Source: an uncultured Actinomycetota bacterium
GTDB lineage: Bacteria; Actinomycetota; Acidimicrobiia; Spongiisociales; UBA4744
DNA: 64,000 nt
Reading direction: 5' to 3'
NCBI GenBank assembly: GCA_963823915.1
Contig: CAWGNJ010000005.1
Span: 119,105 to 183,104, forward strand
Shown piece after piece: positions 31,906 through 43,289 of this stretch. A model generated the notes under the pieces. The model was not told the DNA's origin. It did no database searches and saw nothing but the letters and a program-made list of their open reading frames with translations. Made by a program: the position numbers and the translations under genes. How positions within the stretch are numbered: position 1 is the first letter of the stretch; the number at the start of each line of letters is the position of its first letter.

Positions 31906-34900
31906 GTGACTGCTTCTGGTATTGACTTCTCTACCAGCTCCTCCAGCGACATCTTTTTTCCGGCTTCAATCGCTCGACCGAACAGCTCATCGCCCAAGCT
32001 CAGGCGGAGTTCCGACATCGAGGTCTCGTACTCGTTCTCAGCAAGTTTGGTGCGGGCCAGGCGCACCCGGTGGCGTAGATGGTCGGCTGCTGCATATTGT
32101 CGGGCGCTGTCTTCCAAGCGTCCTTCCGATCTGTACAACTGAGCGATGGTCTCGGCGGTCGTCAGCGTTTCGAAATAGTCTCCGACTCGGTGCGCCTGAC
32201 CGAGGGCACGGGTAAGGCAGTGTCGAGCTTCTTTCAACTCATCTCGATTGATGGCCACTTTGCCGAGGAGACGCAACGCGCTCGATCTGGTTTCCCATAG
32301 CTCCCAGCTCCGTGCTGCTGGCCAGGACCTGATTGCCGAAACGTTCGGCAGCGTCCAGATCTTGGCGAGCCAGGGCGATCTCGCCCCGAAGTGCCGGGAT
32401 GTAGGCCACTTCTTCCATCATCCCGGCGTCCTCGAACAGTGAGATTGCAGATTTCAGTCGATTGTCCGCTTCCTCCCAGTCTCCTTTGTAGAGCGCGACC
32501 AGACCGTGCATCAGAGCAAATAATGCTGAGGACCCCGGGTAGTGCGATTCCTCGGCGGAGCGATCAAACTCTCGGATCAACTCCTCGGCAATATCTGTGT
32601 AACCCATCGACAGAGCAGGCCACGAAACCCCGAGGGTTCCCTGAGTCAGCCAGAGCCGCTGCCCCGAATCGCGATAGCAGGCCAGGCTCCGCCGGTATTC
32701 GGCCCAGAACTCGTCAAGGTCTCCGATTCGCAGGGCGTGGACTGCCAGAGCCGACCTTCCCAGACCTTCGAGGCGGTCATCGTTGATGCGCTGGGCAGTT
32801 GCCACGATCTTGTGGGCAATCTCGGCAGAACGTTCGGGATCGCCCATCCTTCTCACCATCGACTCCAGGTTGGCCAGGGTGATGCTTGCCCAGAAGGGCT
32901 CGTCGAGGGCTTCGAAGACCTCGAGTGCTTGCTGATACTTGGCTACGGCTCCGTCAACGTCGCCGCGGCCAGAAGCAACGAAGGCCATGGCGATCATGCC
33001 GAGCCCTAGCCCGGTCTCGTCCCCCGCCGCGTCGTAGGTGTCGTAGGCGCGTTTGGCCAGTACATCAGCGTCGTCGAGGTCGCCTTGGTGAAGTGCCAGC
33101 ATGGCCGTCCAGCGGAGGGCTTCGGCCCGGTCCGTGGATGGTTCTTCCGGCCCATCGGAGAGCATCAGCTCCAGCCAGCGGCGACCTTCGGGGAAAGGTC
33201 CGTGCTGCCACCAAAACCGACCCATCCAACGGGCGATCTGAAGCCCGAGGTCGGACCGCCCGGCATCGCGGGCCCAGGCCAGCGCGGCCCGCACGTTGCC
33301 TCGTTCTTCTTGGAGCGTTTGCACCCACAAGGATCTGGTCCTTGCCCAGCAAGCCTGCCTCACCACGCTGCGCCATGTCCAGTACGAACTTGGCGTGCGA
33401 CAGTCGGATCTGGTCGGCCTCGCCGGTGGCGATGAGTTTGTCCTGCGCGTACTGTCGAACCGTCTCCAGCGTCCGGTATCTCATCTCCAACCCTTGTTCG
33501 ACCAACAGGAGAGATTCCTCGACGAGTTCGGTGAGCAGATCCAAGACGTCCGCCTCCGGAACCTCGAGTGTTGCTGCACACCGCTTCGGCGGCGGCATAG
33601 GTGAAACCACCTTGAAAGACCGAGAGTCTCTGGAGAAGCGTCTGAGCTTCCGCGGAGAGCAGCCCAAAACTCCAATCCATGGTGGCGGCCAGCGTCCTCT
33701 GACGCGGCAGGGCAGTACGGCTGCCTCCGGTGAGGAGCCGGAACCGATCGTCGAGTCGGTCGGCGACCTGTTGGACGGAAAAGACCCGAAGGCGGGCGGC
33801 GGCCAGCTCGATGGCCAGGGCAATGCCATCCAATCGGCGACAAATCTCGGCGACGGCATCGGCGTTCTCTTCCGTGAGTTCGAAGTCGGGCCGGACGGCT
33901 TTGGCGCGGTCCAAGAAGAGCTGCACGGCCTCATACGCCGGGGAGCCGATCGTGAGCTTCGATCTCACCGGGGCTGGCCAGCACCGGCACCTGCCAGAGC
34001 CGCTCGCCACTTATGGCCAGACCTTCCCGACTGGTGGCAAGAATGTGAAGGAGGGGACAGGAACGGAGCAACCGATCGGCCAGGCGTGCCACCGGTTCGA
34101 TCAGATGCTCACAGTTGTCGAGGATCACGAGGGCGTGACGTTCTTCGAGGTAATCGACCAGCGTGTCGGCGATAGGACGATTGGGGTCCTCTCTGATTGA
34201 AAGTGCCGAGGCGATGGTTTTGGCAAGGAGGTCCGGTTCAGTCAGGGGAGCCAGCTCCACCAGCCAGACGCCGTGTCGGTAGCCATCCAGTAGATCGGCC
34301 CCGGCCTGAAGGGCGAGCCGGGTCTTGCCTACCCCGCCTACCCCGGTCAAGGTCACGAGCCGATGGTCGTCGAGTAACGCCTTGACCTCCGCCAGTTGGT
34401 TTTCTCTACCGACGAAACTGGTGAGCTGGACCGGCAGGTTGTTGGGGAGTGCCTCCAGCGATCGGAGCGAAGGAAATTCTGTCTCGAGATCACGGTGGGA
34501 TAGCTGGTAAATACGCTCGGCGTGGGCAAGGTCCTTGAGGCGATGTTCTCCAAGATCGACGAGAACGGTGCCGGTGGCCATCGAATCTTGAACAAGCCCG
34601 GCTGCTGACTCAGAGACGAGGACCTGACCGCCGTGGGCTGCATCGAGCAAGCGAGCGGCCCGGTTGACTGCCGAACCGAAGAAATCACCATTGCGCTCCT
34701 CGGCCTCGCCGGTATGGACTGCCATTCGAGCTCTGAGTTCTGACCCCGTCTTCCACGGCTCGTTCACCATTGCGATCTGGGCGGCGGCGGCTGCCTCCAT
34801 GGCCTGAGACGGTGTCTCGAACACGGCCAGGACACCATCACCCGAGTGTTTGAACAGATGTCCGCGGTGATCTTCGATAATCGTGGTGAGCAGGTGGTCG

Positions 34901-35010
34901 TGGCGGGCCAGGTCGGCTTTCATCGCTTCCGGTTCTCGTTCCCAAATCCGGGTGGAGCCCTCGATATCGGTAAACAGGAAGGTCACGACGCCCGTGGCTT
35001 GTCCGGTCAT
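31893..35010 (-). CDS. Class III nucleotide-cyclase domain + STAND (NB-ARC-like) ATPase + TPR protein, frameshifted
   Basis: TFLFTDIEGST, GDG, NRAARL; NNLPVQLTSFVGRE, GVGGVGKTRL, LDNCEH, ICRRLDGIALAIELAA, YRTLETVRQY; helical repeats; spans ORFs 33931, 33360, 33065, 32239 and 31893. Confidence 0.85.
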
Positions 35011-35144
35011 AGGGGGAGATCCTCTCGAGTCAGTCCCGACGCTACCCAAGGTTGGCCAGGACTGCCGACGATTCCATGCTCTCTTCCCGGCATTGGTTGG
35101 CTGGAGGGGCCTATGGTGGAGGGCCGAGAGGGAGGGAGATTCCT

Positions 35145-35483
35145 ATGAGCAATGCAGATCGGACCGCCTCCGAGGCACGATTTCGGGACGAGTACGGGTG
35201 CGGGCTCCAGGATGCTGCGCTGGCCGCCCGGGCGCTGAATCCATTCGATGACGGGGTAGAGCCGGGGCCCGCTTTTGCGAAAGAAGGGATCCGACGCGCC
35301 CGCCAGTTCGGGGACGAGACCGCAGGCTTGCGAGGCAATCAGGTCGGAGTGGCCGCGGAGAGCGCTATCGAAGAGTTGCTCGACCTGGCTCGCGATCACC
35401 AGGAGATGCACTACGTCACCGTGTTCGGAGACGCTCTCAAGGGCGCCGGCGGACCGACGGCGGCTCCCGAGTCGGGCGAATAG
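35145..35483 (+). CDS. Hypothetical protein
   Basis: GGAGGGAG RBS before MSNADRTASEARF. Confidence 0.6.
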   Translation: MSNADRTASEARFRDEYGCGLQDAALAARALNPFDDGVEPGPAFAKEGIRRARQFGDETAGLRGNQVGVAAESAIEELLDLARDHQEMHYVTVFGDALKGAGGPTAAPESGE

Positions 35484-35487
35484 ACTC

Positions 35488-35667
35488 CTAGTCGGGTAGC
35501 TCGACCTCGAGGAGCTCGGCGGCTTCGAGCATCTGCTCTTCTTCGATGCTGCCCGGCGTGCCGATGGCGTCCTCGATCCCGTCGGCGATCGCTTTTTCGG
35601 CTTCGGCGGCATCACGGAGCTCTCGCCGTTGGGGACTTGGCGTCCTTTGTCTCGATGTCCTGCTCAT
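35488..35667 (-). CDS. Small acidic hypothetical protein
   Basis: AGGAGG RBS before MSRTSRQRTPS. Confidence 0.55.
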   Translation of the reverse strand: MSRTSRQRTPSPQRRELRDAAEAEKAIADGIEDAIGTPGSIEEEQMLEAAELLEVELPD

Positions 35668-35813
35668 GGTCGGGCACTCAGACCTCCTCTTTCCCGGGAC
35701 GGCGATCATAGATCCTTGATCAGACAGAGAGGATCAAACCACCTCGCCTCGCTGGTCGAGTGGCCGGTAGATTGCTGGAACTGAACGGCCCTGCCGAGCG
35801 TCATAGGGGGTAG

Positions 35814-37916
35814 ATGAAGCGCATCAGCGTTCTCGTGTCGCTTGTGGCCGTGTTGGTCATGGTCCCGGCATCGGCGCGCGCCCAGGAAGCCGTCACGGTC
35901 GAGGCAACGATCGGCCTCCAGGGTTATGTGGCGCCGTATCACTCGACCAGCTTGACGGTGCGGGTGGCCGCGGACGTGCTCTTCGTCGGCGATATGCAGG
36001 TGTCAATTGGTGGCGTGAACCTGTTCACGGCGATCGAAGTTCCGGCCGGGAGCAGCAAGGAATACGTTGTGGCGATTCCGCCCACCGGCAACAACAGCCG
36101 GGCGACGATCTTGCTGTTTGCGGAAGGATCCGAAGATCGCTCTGGTGAGGGAAACCGTTGCGGTTCTCAACCAGGCCAACGAGGTCCTGGTGGGCGTCGT
36201 TGGGGTGCCGGTCGTTGAACCTGCGCTGGCCGCCGCCGGTACCGTTCCGTTCGACCGTCCCCTCACCGTTCTCAATTTGACTCCCGAAGAACTGGGCCGT
36301 GATCTGGCTCCGCTCGCTTACCTGGTGGTCGGCAAAGGTTCTCTGACAGGAGTTGGTCCAGAGGTCCTCGCGGCTGCCAGCGATTGGGTTCACCAGGGCG
36401 GCCGGATCGTGGGATCGGCGGATGATCTCGGGCGGCTCGAAGGTTCCCCAGGACCGGCCACGGCATTGACGAGCGAGACAACCGTTGCACCCCTCGGCAA
36501 CGGGGAACTGGTCGTGGTCGATGATCCGGCCAGTGTCTCCGACTGGAGCCGCGTCATTCGTGATGTCCCACCGCTGAGTCTTTCGACCAATCAATTTGAC
36601 GAAGGATTTGGGTTCCAGATGGTCGAGGCCGCCTCGGCCGGGGGAGATACGGCCACTCCCGGTATTCCCTGGCTCTTGGCCGCTTTGGCCATCTATGTGA
36701 TCTTGGTTGGTCCGGTCAACTTCATGATCCTGCGCCGTTTCCAGCGCCGTGAGCTGGCCTGGGTCACCATCCCGGCAGTGAGCGCCATGATGCTGGCTGC
36801 CCTGTGGGTCGCCGGCCGATCACAACTTGACGACCGGATCGTTACGCATGCTTCGATCGTCGTTCAGGACGATGACAACATCCGGGCCCTTTCTACCTTG
36901 ATCGTGGCGGCCGGCGGCGAAGGCGAACACACCCTCGACGTTCCAGCGGGGTGGAGCATTGCCCCGCTGGATTTTTCGATGATGTTCGGACAGGGCAGCC
37001 GTCTGGAAGCTCGGGTGGCGGCGGCCCCTGATGGGGGCACCCGTCTGAGCTTCGATCTCCCCAATCTCGGAGCGGCCAGCGCCAGTGCCAGCTGGAATCC
37101 GGACCCAATCGCTCTGCGCGCCGACGTGGAAATGGATGGCAACAACCTCACCGCCACGCTGCACAACGACGGAGATATCAGCTTCTGGGCGTGGGGGATC
37201 GGAGACGGCACGTCGGCCCAAGCTGCCTCCGGGCCGCTGGATCCAGGTCAGTCGGGTTCGCACCACCCTGCGGCCGCGCGCCGATTTCTTTGAAGGCGGG
37301 GGCATGATCGCCGATGCGGTGATGTCGCAGTGGCAACTGGGATTGGTCGGGAAGTGGCCCGGACCCGTGGCAACGGGTGTGGCCGCTCTCCGAAACGATG
37401 TCTCGCCAGGAGGCCCGAGTTTTGCAGAGCGGACCCTACTTCTTCGGGTACACCGATGATCTGGTGGTGGAAGTGGCCGTCGATGAGTACCGGGAGACGG
37501 CGCGGGGCCCGGCCCTCGTGGTGGTTCCTCTCGATGTTCCAGCCTTCGCCGGGAACGTCAACGGCGTCGGGGAAATCGTGCGGATAGTCGGAGCCAATTT
37601 TGTGGACTCCTATCCGGGTTTTGTGTACGCCAGTGGTGCCGATGCGGTTGAGCTGCGGTTCCGGGTAGCCGACGGCACGGAGGGCGAGGCCACGATCAAG
37701 CACCGGGGCGGGCATCTCCCCGGCGTGGAACTTCTCGAGATCTACAACTGGGACACGGGTAGTTTCGACGAGTACTCATGGCCCGGCGGTTTCCCCGTGG
37801 GTTCCTACGTCTCGCCAACCGACGAAGTGATGGTCCGGATCGTGCTGGCCCAGGCCGAATTCAACGATCTCGATCTCCCGACTGGTGGGATCACCTTGGC
37901 GGTGGGGTCGTCATGA
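35814..37916 (+). CDS. Large exported/membrane protein heading the ABC-MoxR operon, frameshifted
   Basis: Signal peptide (VPASARA-Q), EVPAGSSKEY, YVILVGPVNFMILRR...WVTIPA; spans ORFs 35814, 36067 and 37377. Confidence 0.75.
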
Positions 37917-38845
37917 TCATCGAGTTCGACGGTGTAACCAAGAAGTACGGGTCGGTGACGGCTCTAGCGGACGCCAATCTGTCGATTGCCGAAGGATCGA
38001 TCACCGGATTGATCGGACCGAATGGGGCCGGCAAGACCACGTCGATGGAGGTCATCAGCACCCTCCTGGCTCGCGATGGTGGCAAAGTAAGCGTCGCCGG
38101 GCACGACCCCGAGCAAGACCCGCGGGCCGTACGGAAGATCCTCGGCTACATGCCCGATTTCTTCGGGGTCTACGACGGGTTGATCGTTCGCGAGTATCTC
38201 GATTTCTTTGCCACTGCCCATGGTTTGCGATCGGAGGCGCGACCGGTGGTGGTAACCGATCTCCTGGCCTTGGTAGACCTGGAAGAGAAGGCCGATGCAG
38301 ATGTCAACAGCCTGTCGCGCGGCATGAAACAGCGGCTCTCGCTGGCTCGGGCACTGGTCCATGACCCCCAGGTCCTCGTGCTCGACGAACCCGCCTCCGG
38401 ACTCGATCCGCGCGCCCGGGTCCAACTTCGGGAGCTGATCGCCGAGCTCGGCAGGATGGGGAAGACCGTGCTGATTTCATCTCACATCCTTTCAGAGCTC
38501 GAGGGAGTCTGCTCGCACATGGCCATCGTCGATCGGGGCTCCGTCAAGGCCCAGGGAACGATGGAAGAGATCCGCTCGGCACTTATTGGGAATCGCCGGG
38601 TGACCCTGCGGACCCCGCCCGACCAGCTGCTGGCGGCTGAAGACCGGTTGCGCGAGGCTGAGGATACGATCGAGCTTCACCTCGAACACGACCATCTCTG
38701 GTTCACCGCCGATGTCGGGGACGATCGCTTGGCCGAACTGCTCCGGCAGTTGGTGAGCGGAGACATCTCGGTGTGGGACTGGCGGGTTGACACCGCCGGT
38801 CTCGAAGAACTCTTCCTGCAACTCACCGAGGAGGAAGGCTCATGA
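37913..38845 (+). CDS. ABC transporter ATP-binding protein
   Basis: GPNGAGKTT, LSRGMKQR, LDEPASGLDP, SSHIL. Confidence 0.93.
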   Translation: MIIEFDGVTKKYGSVTALADANLSIAEGSITGLIGPNGAGKTTSMEVISTLLARDGGKVSVAGHDPEQDPRAVRKILGYMPDFFGVYDGLIVREYLDFFATAHGLRSEARPVVVTDLLALVDLEEKADADVNSLSRGMKQRLSLARALVHDPQVLVLDEPASGLDPRARVQLRELIAELGRMGKTVLISSHILSELEGVCSHMAIVDRGSVKAQGTMEEIRSALIGNRRVTLRTPPDQLLAAEDRLREAEDTIELHLEHDHLWFTADVGDDRLAELLRQLVSGDISVWDWRVDTAGLEELFLQLTEEEGS

Positions 38846-39921
38846 AGCTGAACCCGGTGACCATGCGAGAGATCAAAGAACGCTTCCGGCGCAAACGAGC
38901 CGTGACCTTCCTGACATTGTGGATCGTGCTCGTTATCGGCATCGGATACTTGATCTACCTGGCCGCCCGCGCCTGGGCTGGGAACACCGGGTTCTTCGGT
39001 GGCATCTCGCCCCTACTGATCAGTTCGTCCCTTGGTCAGATCATGTTCGAACTCGTCAGTCTCCTGCTGCTGTCGGCCATGCTGCTGGTCGTGCCGGGCA
39101 TCGCCGCCCTGTCGGTAGTCGGCGAACGCGAGCGGCTCACTCTCCCGCTGCTCCAGGTCAGTCAGCTGAAACCACGCCAGATCGTCTTGGGCAAGCTGGG
39201 ATCGTCCCTCGCCTATCAGCTGTTGTTACTGGTCTCCGTCGCTCCGATCATGCTGGTCCCGATGCTCTTCGGGGGAGTCAGCTTTCTCGATGTGTTGATA
39301 GCCGTGGCCGTGATAGCTGCCACATCCATTCTGATCGGCAGCCTTTCTGTGTGGGTATCGGCGCGAGCCAAGTCGACGCGGGGGGCCGTCGCGGGGGCGT
39401 ACCTGTGGACCTTCGCCATCGCGGCCGTTACCGCCCTGGCGCTGATAGGTGAGGTGTACTTCTTCGCTCCCAGTCGCAATGACACATGGGGCCCGCAAGG
39501 GAGAGAGCTGTACACGGCCTGGCTCAATCCCTACATTGCCTTGGCGTCGGCCGTCGACGAACCGCTCGACGACACGAATGAATTCATGGTGCTCAACACC
39601 CCATTCGATACCATCGACACCCTCCTCAGCCGGCGCCAGTGGGGCAGTCGAGTATTCAACGATTTTGGCGGGGTGCCTTTCGGGGCGAGGTTCATTGAGC
39701 AGGGGTTCGGTGGTGTCGCGTTTGAGGAACCATTCTTCGGAGGCAATGCCAATGGGCCTCCGAACCGGGGACCGTTGTGGGTTCGATCTCTGATCGCGGC
39801 CTCCCTCCTTTCGGCGCTGGTTCTGTGGAGAGCGACTCGTCACGTGGCGGTGCCGTATCGCAAGACTCGCATGCGGCTCCGGTTGCCCAGGAAGAAGGAG
39901 CCGGCCGATGCTGCTGCCTGA
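38842..39921 (+). CDS. ABC-2 type permease
   Basis: NPVTMREIK, GERERLTL, IVLGKL; multiple TM helices. Confidence 0.85.
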   Translation: MKLNPVTMREIKERFRRKRAVTFLTLWIVLVIGIGYLIYLAARAWAGNTGFFGGISPLLISSSLGQIMFELVSLLLLSAMLLVVPGIAALSVVGERERLTLPLLQVSQLKPRQIVLGKLGSSLAYQLLLLVSVAPIMLVPMLFGGVSFLDVLIAVAVIAATSILIGSLSVWVSARAKSTRGAVAGAYLWTFAIAAVTALALIGEVYFFAPSRNDTWGPQGRELYTAWLNPYIALASAVDEPLDDTNEFMVLNTPFDTIDTLLSRRQWGSRVFNDFGGVPFGARFIEQGFGGVAFEEPFFGGNANGPPNRGPLWVRSLIAASLLSALVLWRATRHVAVPYRKTRMRLRLPRKKEPADAAA

Positions 39922-41443
39922 ACCGGTCCGCATCCTGATTGCCGGGGCCCGGCGGCGGTTGCTGCTGATGGACTTGACCGAACGATTGGTCGTGGTCACG
40001 GCCGTCGTCGCCGTGCTGGCCGCGGCGGTGATCGGTATCGCCCGGTATGTTGCGGCTCCGTGGGTAGAGCCGGCTGCCCTAGCGGTCCTGGTCGCTGGAT
40101 GGCTGGCTGCCCTCGCGTGGTCGATGATGGCGCGCCCCTCTCTGACCCGATCGGCGATTGAGACCGACCAGCGAATGGGGGGTTTCGACCGGGTCTCGAC
40201 GGCCCTCGAGTTGACCGGCAGATCCGGATTGACCGAGCCGGAGGAACGCCAGATCAAGGAAGCAGGGCAATGGGCAACCAACCGGCCGCTCTCGGGTTTC
40301 GAAGGTGTTTGGCCGGCCGGGCCACTCGTACCCCTCGCCGTGCTGGGCCTCGCCGCCGCCCTGGTCTTGGCTCTCGTCCCTTCCCCGGCCGACGCAGTGG
40401 TCGAACAACGCCGGATCGATGAAACGCTTATCGAAGACGCTGCCGACACTCTCGAAGAGCAGGCCGAAGAACTCACCCCCGAGCTCCAGGAACAGCTGGA
40501 AGCTCTCATCGAAGAGCTGCGGGAGGCTGAAGACCTCGAGCAGGCGATAGCTCGCCTTGGCGAAGCCAGAGAGCAGTTGGCGCAACAGGCTGATCCTTCT
40601 TTGCTCGCTCGCAAGACCACAATGGCGGCCCTCGATCGGGAGATCGACCGACAGCCCCTGGCGAACGGTTCCGACCTGGCCGAACAGCTACAACAGCTGG
40701 CCGCAACTGCTGCTTCACTTACCCCCGAGCAGGCGGCGGCCGCCGCGGCCCGACTCGACGAACTGGCGGCCACCGCCGAAGCCGACGGAACCCTCGCCGA
40801 ACAACTAGCGATGGCGGCCGACGCCCTCGAAGCAGGTCAGGATCCTTCCTTCAACCTTGACGCGGCGGCCGCCGCGGTATCCGATGCCCAGGCGCAAATT
40901 GCCGCCGGGGAAGCCACCGCCAGTGCGCAAACAGCCCTCCGCGATGCCCAGGACAGTCTCAACAACGCCCAGCAAGGGCAGGGCGACGGCCAAGGACAAG
41001 GACAAGGCCAAGGTCAGGGCCAAGGGCAGGGCCAAGGGCAGGGCCAAGGGCAAGGCTCGGGTCAAGGCCAGGGCCAGGTCTCCGGCGGCAATGTCTCGGG
41101 TGGGGGCGGCTCAGGCACCCCCGGCCAAGGCGGGGTTGGGACCGGCAGTGTGAATCCTGGACAAGGAGACAATGACCCGTTCGCTCCGGTCGGTCGTACT
41201 GATGTGTTCGATCCCGTTGACTTCAATCTGGGCGATGAAGTGAAGGTTGATCTCGAAGGCAATGATCCCGGCCAAGTCGTTGGACAAGCGGAGGGCTTTG
41301 GCCTCCGCAACCTGCCAACTCTTTCGTACGCCGACCGGCACACCGAGTACACCAGCCAAGCTCTTGATGCCCTTGACCACATGACCATTCCCACCGACCT
41401 ACAGAACATCGTCCGCGACTATTTCACGAAGCTGGAGCCATGA
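39908..41443 (+). CDS. Membrane-anchored coiled-coil protein with a (GQ)n tract
   Basis: Three TM helices, DRVSTALE, long A/E/Q helical region, terminal IVRDYF. Confidence 0.8.
   Translation: MLLPEPVRILIAGARRRLLLMDLTERLVVVTAVVAVLAAAVIGIARYVAAPWVEPAALAVLVAGWLAALAWSMMARPSLTRSAIETDQRMGGFDRVSTALELTGRSGLTEPEERQIKEAGQWATNRPLSGFEGVWPAGPLVPLAVLGLAAALVLALVPSPADAVVEQRRIDETLIEDAADTLEEQAEELTPELQEQLEALIEELREAEDLEQAIARLGEAREQLAQQADPSLLARKTTMAALDREIDRQPLANGSDLAEQLQQLAATAASLTPEQAAAAAARLDELAATAEADGTLAEQLAMAADALEAGQDPSFNLDAAAAAVSDAQAQIAAGEATASAQTALRDAQDSLNNAQQGQGDGQGQGQGQGQGQGQGQGQGQGQGSGQGQGQVSGGNVSGGGGSGTPGQGGVGTGSVNPGQGDNDPFAPVGRTDVFDPVDFNLGDEVKVDLEGNDPGQVVGQAEGFGLRNLPTLSYADRHTEYTSQALDALDHMTIPTDLQNIVRDYFTKLEP
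40973..41077 (+). repeat. Coding (Gly-Gln)n hexamer repeat
   Basis: GGNCAR tandem codons encoding GQGQGQ... Confidence 0.85.
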
Positions 41444-42408
41444 CACCCGATCAATTCGCGTCAACCGTTGAGAGCATCCGCCGCGAAGTGGGCAAGGTCA
41501 TCGTCGGTCAAACCGATCTCGTCGATACCGTCCTGCTGGCCGTCCTCTGTGAGGGACACGTCCTCTTGGAAGGTGTTCCGGGACTCGGCAAGACCCGCCT
41601 TTTGCAGACCCTGGGAGGAGTGCTCGATGTCGCTTTTGGCCGGGTTCAGTTCACTCCCGATCTGATGCCTGCGGACATCCTGGGCACAAACATCCTCCAG
41701 GAAGGCCGGTTTGAGTTCCACCGCGGCCCCCTCTTCGCCAACCTGGTCCTGGCCGACGAAGTGAACCGGGCGACTCCCAAAACGCAATCGGCGCTGTTGG
41801 AGGCGATGCAGGAGCGCCATGTGACCCTGGGGGGAGTGACCCACGCCCTGCCCCGGCCCTTCTTTGTCATGGCCACCCAGAACCCCATCGAGATGGAAGG
41901 CACGTATCCCCTCCCTGAGGCACAACTCGACCGGTTCCTCTTCAAGGCGCTGGTTCCCTTTCCTTCCACCGACGACATTGTGGAGATTCTCCAACGGACC
42001 ACCACCCGTCTGGATGCCGAACCGGAGCCCGCCGTCGACGGACCAACGCTGCTCGAGATGAGCACGATGGTCCGAGAAGTTCCGGCCGCGGCTCATGTTC
42101 TGCGCTACTCGGCGACGCTGGTGGCGGCCACCCATCCCGACAATGAGGCCGCCCCGGACCTGGTGCGAACCTACGTCCGCTACGGCGCCAGCCCGCGGGG
42201 CGCCCAGGCGATGATCCTGGGCGGGAAGGCTCTAGCCCTGCTGGACGGACGACCCAACTTGGCCGGGGAGGATGTGCAAGGCGTTGCCCGCGCCGCCCTC
42301 CGGCATCGATTGGTGCTGGGGTACGAGGCCGCGGCCGACGGGGTCACCCCGGACGACCTCATCGGGTCCATTCTCGAGGCCCATCCCCGCCCGGCGTCCG
42401 AAGAGTAG
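41440..42408 (+). CDS. moxR: MoxR-family AAA+ ATPase
   Basis: EGVPGLGKT, QFTPDLMPAD, DEVNRATPKTQSALLEAM, ATQNPIEMEGTYPLPEAQLDRF, GASPR. Confidence 0.95.
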   Translation: MTPDQFASTVESIRREVGKVIVGQTDLVDTVLLAVLCEGHVLLEGVPGLGKTRLLQTLGGVLDVAFGRVQFTPDLMPADILGTNILQEGRFEFHRGPLFANLVLADEVNRATPKTQSALLEAMQERHVTLGGVTHALPRPFFVMATQNPIEMEGTYPLPEAQLDRFLFKALVPFPSTDDIVEILQRTTTRLDAEPEPAVDGPTLLEMSTMVREVPAAAHVLRYSATLVAATHPDNEAAPDLVRTYVRYGASPRGAQAMILGGKALALLDGRPNLAGEDVQGVARAALRHRLVLGYEAAADGVTPDDLIGSILEAHPRPASEE

Positions 42409-42419
42409 GAGGCCACTGC

Positions 42420-43289
42420 GTGCTCCTCTCTCCGGAGTTGCGAGCCCGGCTGGAGCGACTCTCGCTTCGGACCCGGGGCCGGGTACGGGGCAAGTGGGCG
42501 GGACGCCACGCGTCGAAACAAATCGGAGAGAGCATCGACTTCGCCGACTACCGGGAGTATGTCCCGGGGGACGACTTTCGGCGGATCGATCACAACCTTC
42601 GGGCCCGCTTGGGTGTTGTGATGGTGCGCCTCTTCGAAGCTGAGGACGAGCTGCCGCTGCGCTTGGTCATCGACACGTCCGCTTCGATGGGGTTTGGTGC
42701 CAAGTTCCGGGTCGCCCAGGAGCTGGCCGCCGTCATGTCGTTTCTGGCCCTGGCGGGCGGGGATCGGGTCTACCCGATCCAGGTTCCGGGAAACGATGGT
42801 CGTTCGTTTGCGACCGGTCCCCCCAGTCGCCACCTATCTGGGTGGCCGGTCTTGGAGTCTTGGCTCGAGACTTTGGCTCCGGGTGGCGCCGGAACGTTGA
42901 CCCCGGCAGTCCACAGCCTGATCGGCAATGCCACAGTGCGGGGGCCCATTGTGTTGGTTTCCGATCTGCTGGACCCGGCCTGGGAGAAGACCATGGATGC
43001 CATTGGCACTTTCGGCTCGGGGACCGTGCTTCATGTGCTCGCCCCCGATGAACTCGAGCCGGACCTTTCAGGCGACCTGCGCCTCGTCGACTCCGAAAGC
43101 CAACAAGTAGTTGATCTGTCGACCTCGTCCGACGCGCTGGCCGCGTACCGCAAAGCCCGGGATTCTTTTCTGGCCGGGGCAGCCGCCCGGGCTCGCCGGG
43201 CCGGTCTGGACTACGTCCTTGTCCCCGCCGAACCGGGAGCGGCCGAGCGCACTTTGTCGGCGCTGGCTGCCGTCGAGGCCGTGCGATGA
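42420..43289 (+). CDS. DUF58 domain protein
   Basis: FADYREYVPGDDFRRID, DTSASM; directly follows moxR. Confidence 0.9.
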   Translation: MLLSPELRARLERLSLRTRGRVRGKWAGRHASKQIGESIDFADYREYVPGDDFRRIDHNLRARLGVVMVRLFEAEDELPLRLVIDTSASMGFGAKFRVAQELAAVMSFLALAGGDRVYPIQVPGNDGRSFATGPPSRHLSGWPVLESWLETLAPGGAGTLTPAVHSLIGNATVRGPIVLVSDLLDPAWEKTMDAIGTFGSGTVLHVLAPDELEPDLSGDLRLVDSESQQVVDLSTSSDALAAYRKARDSFLAGAAARARRAGLDYVLVPAEPGAAERTLSALAAVEAVR

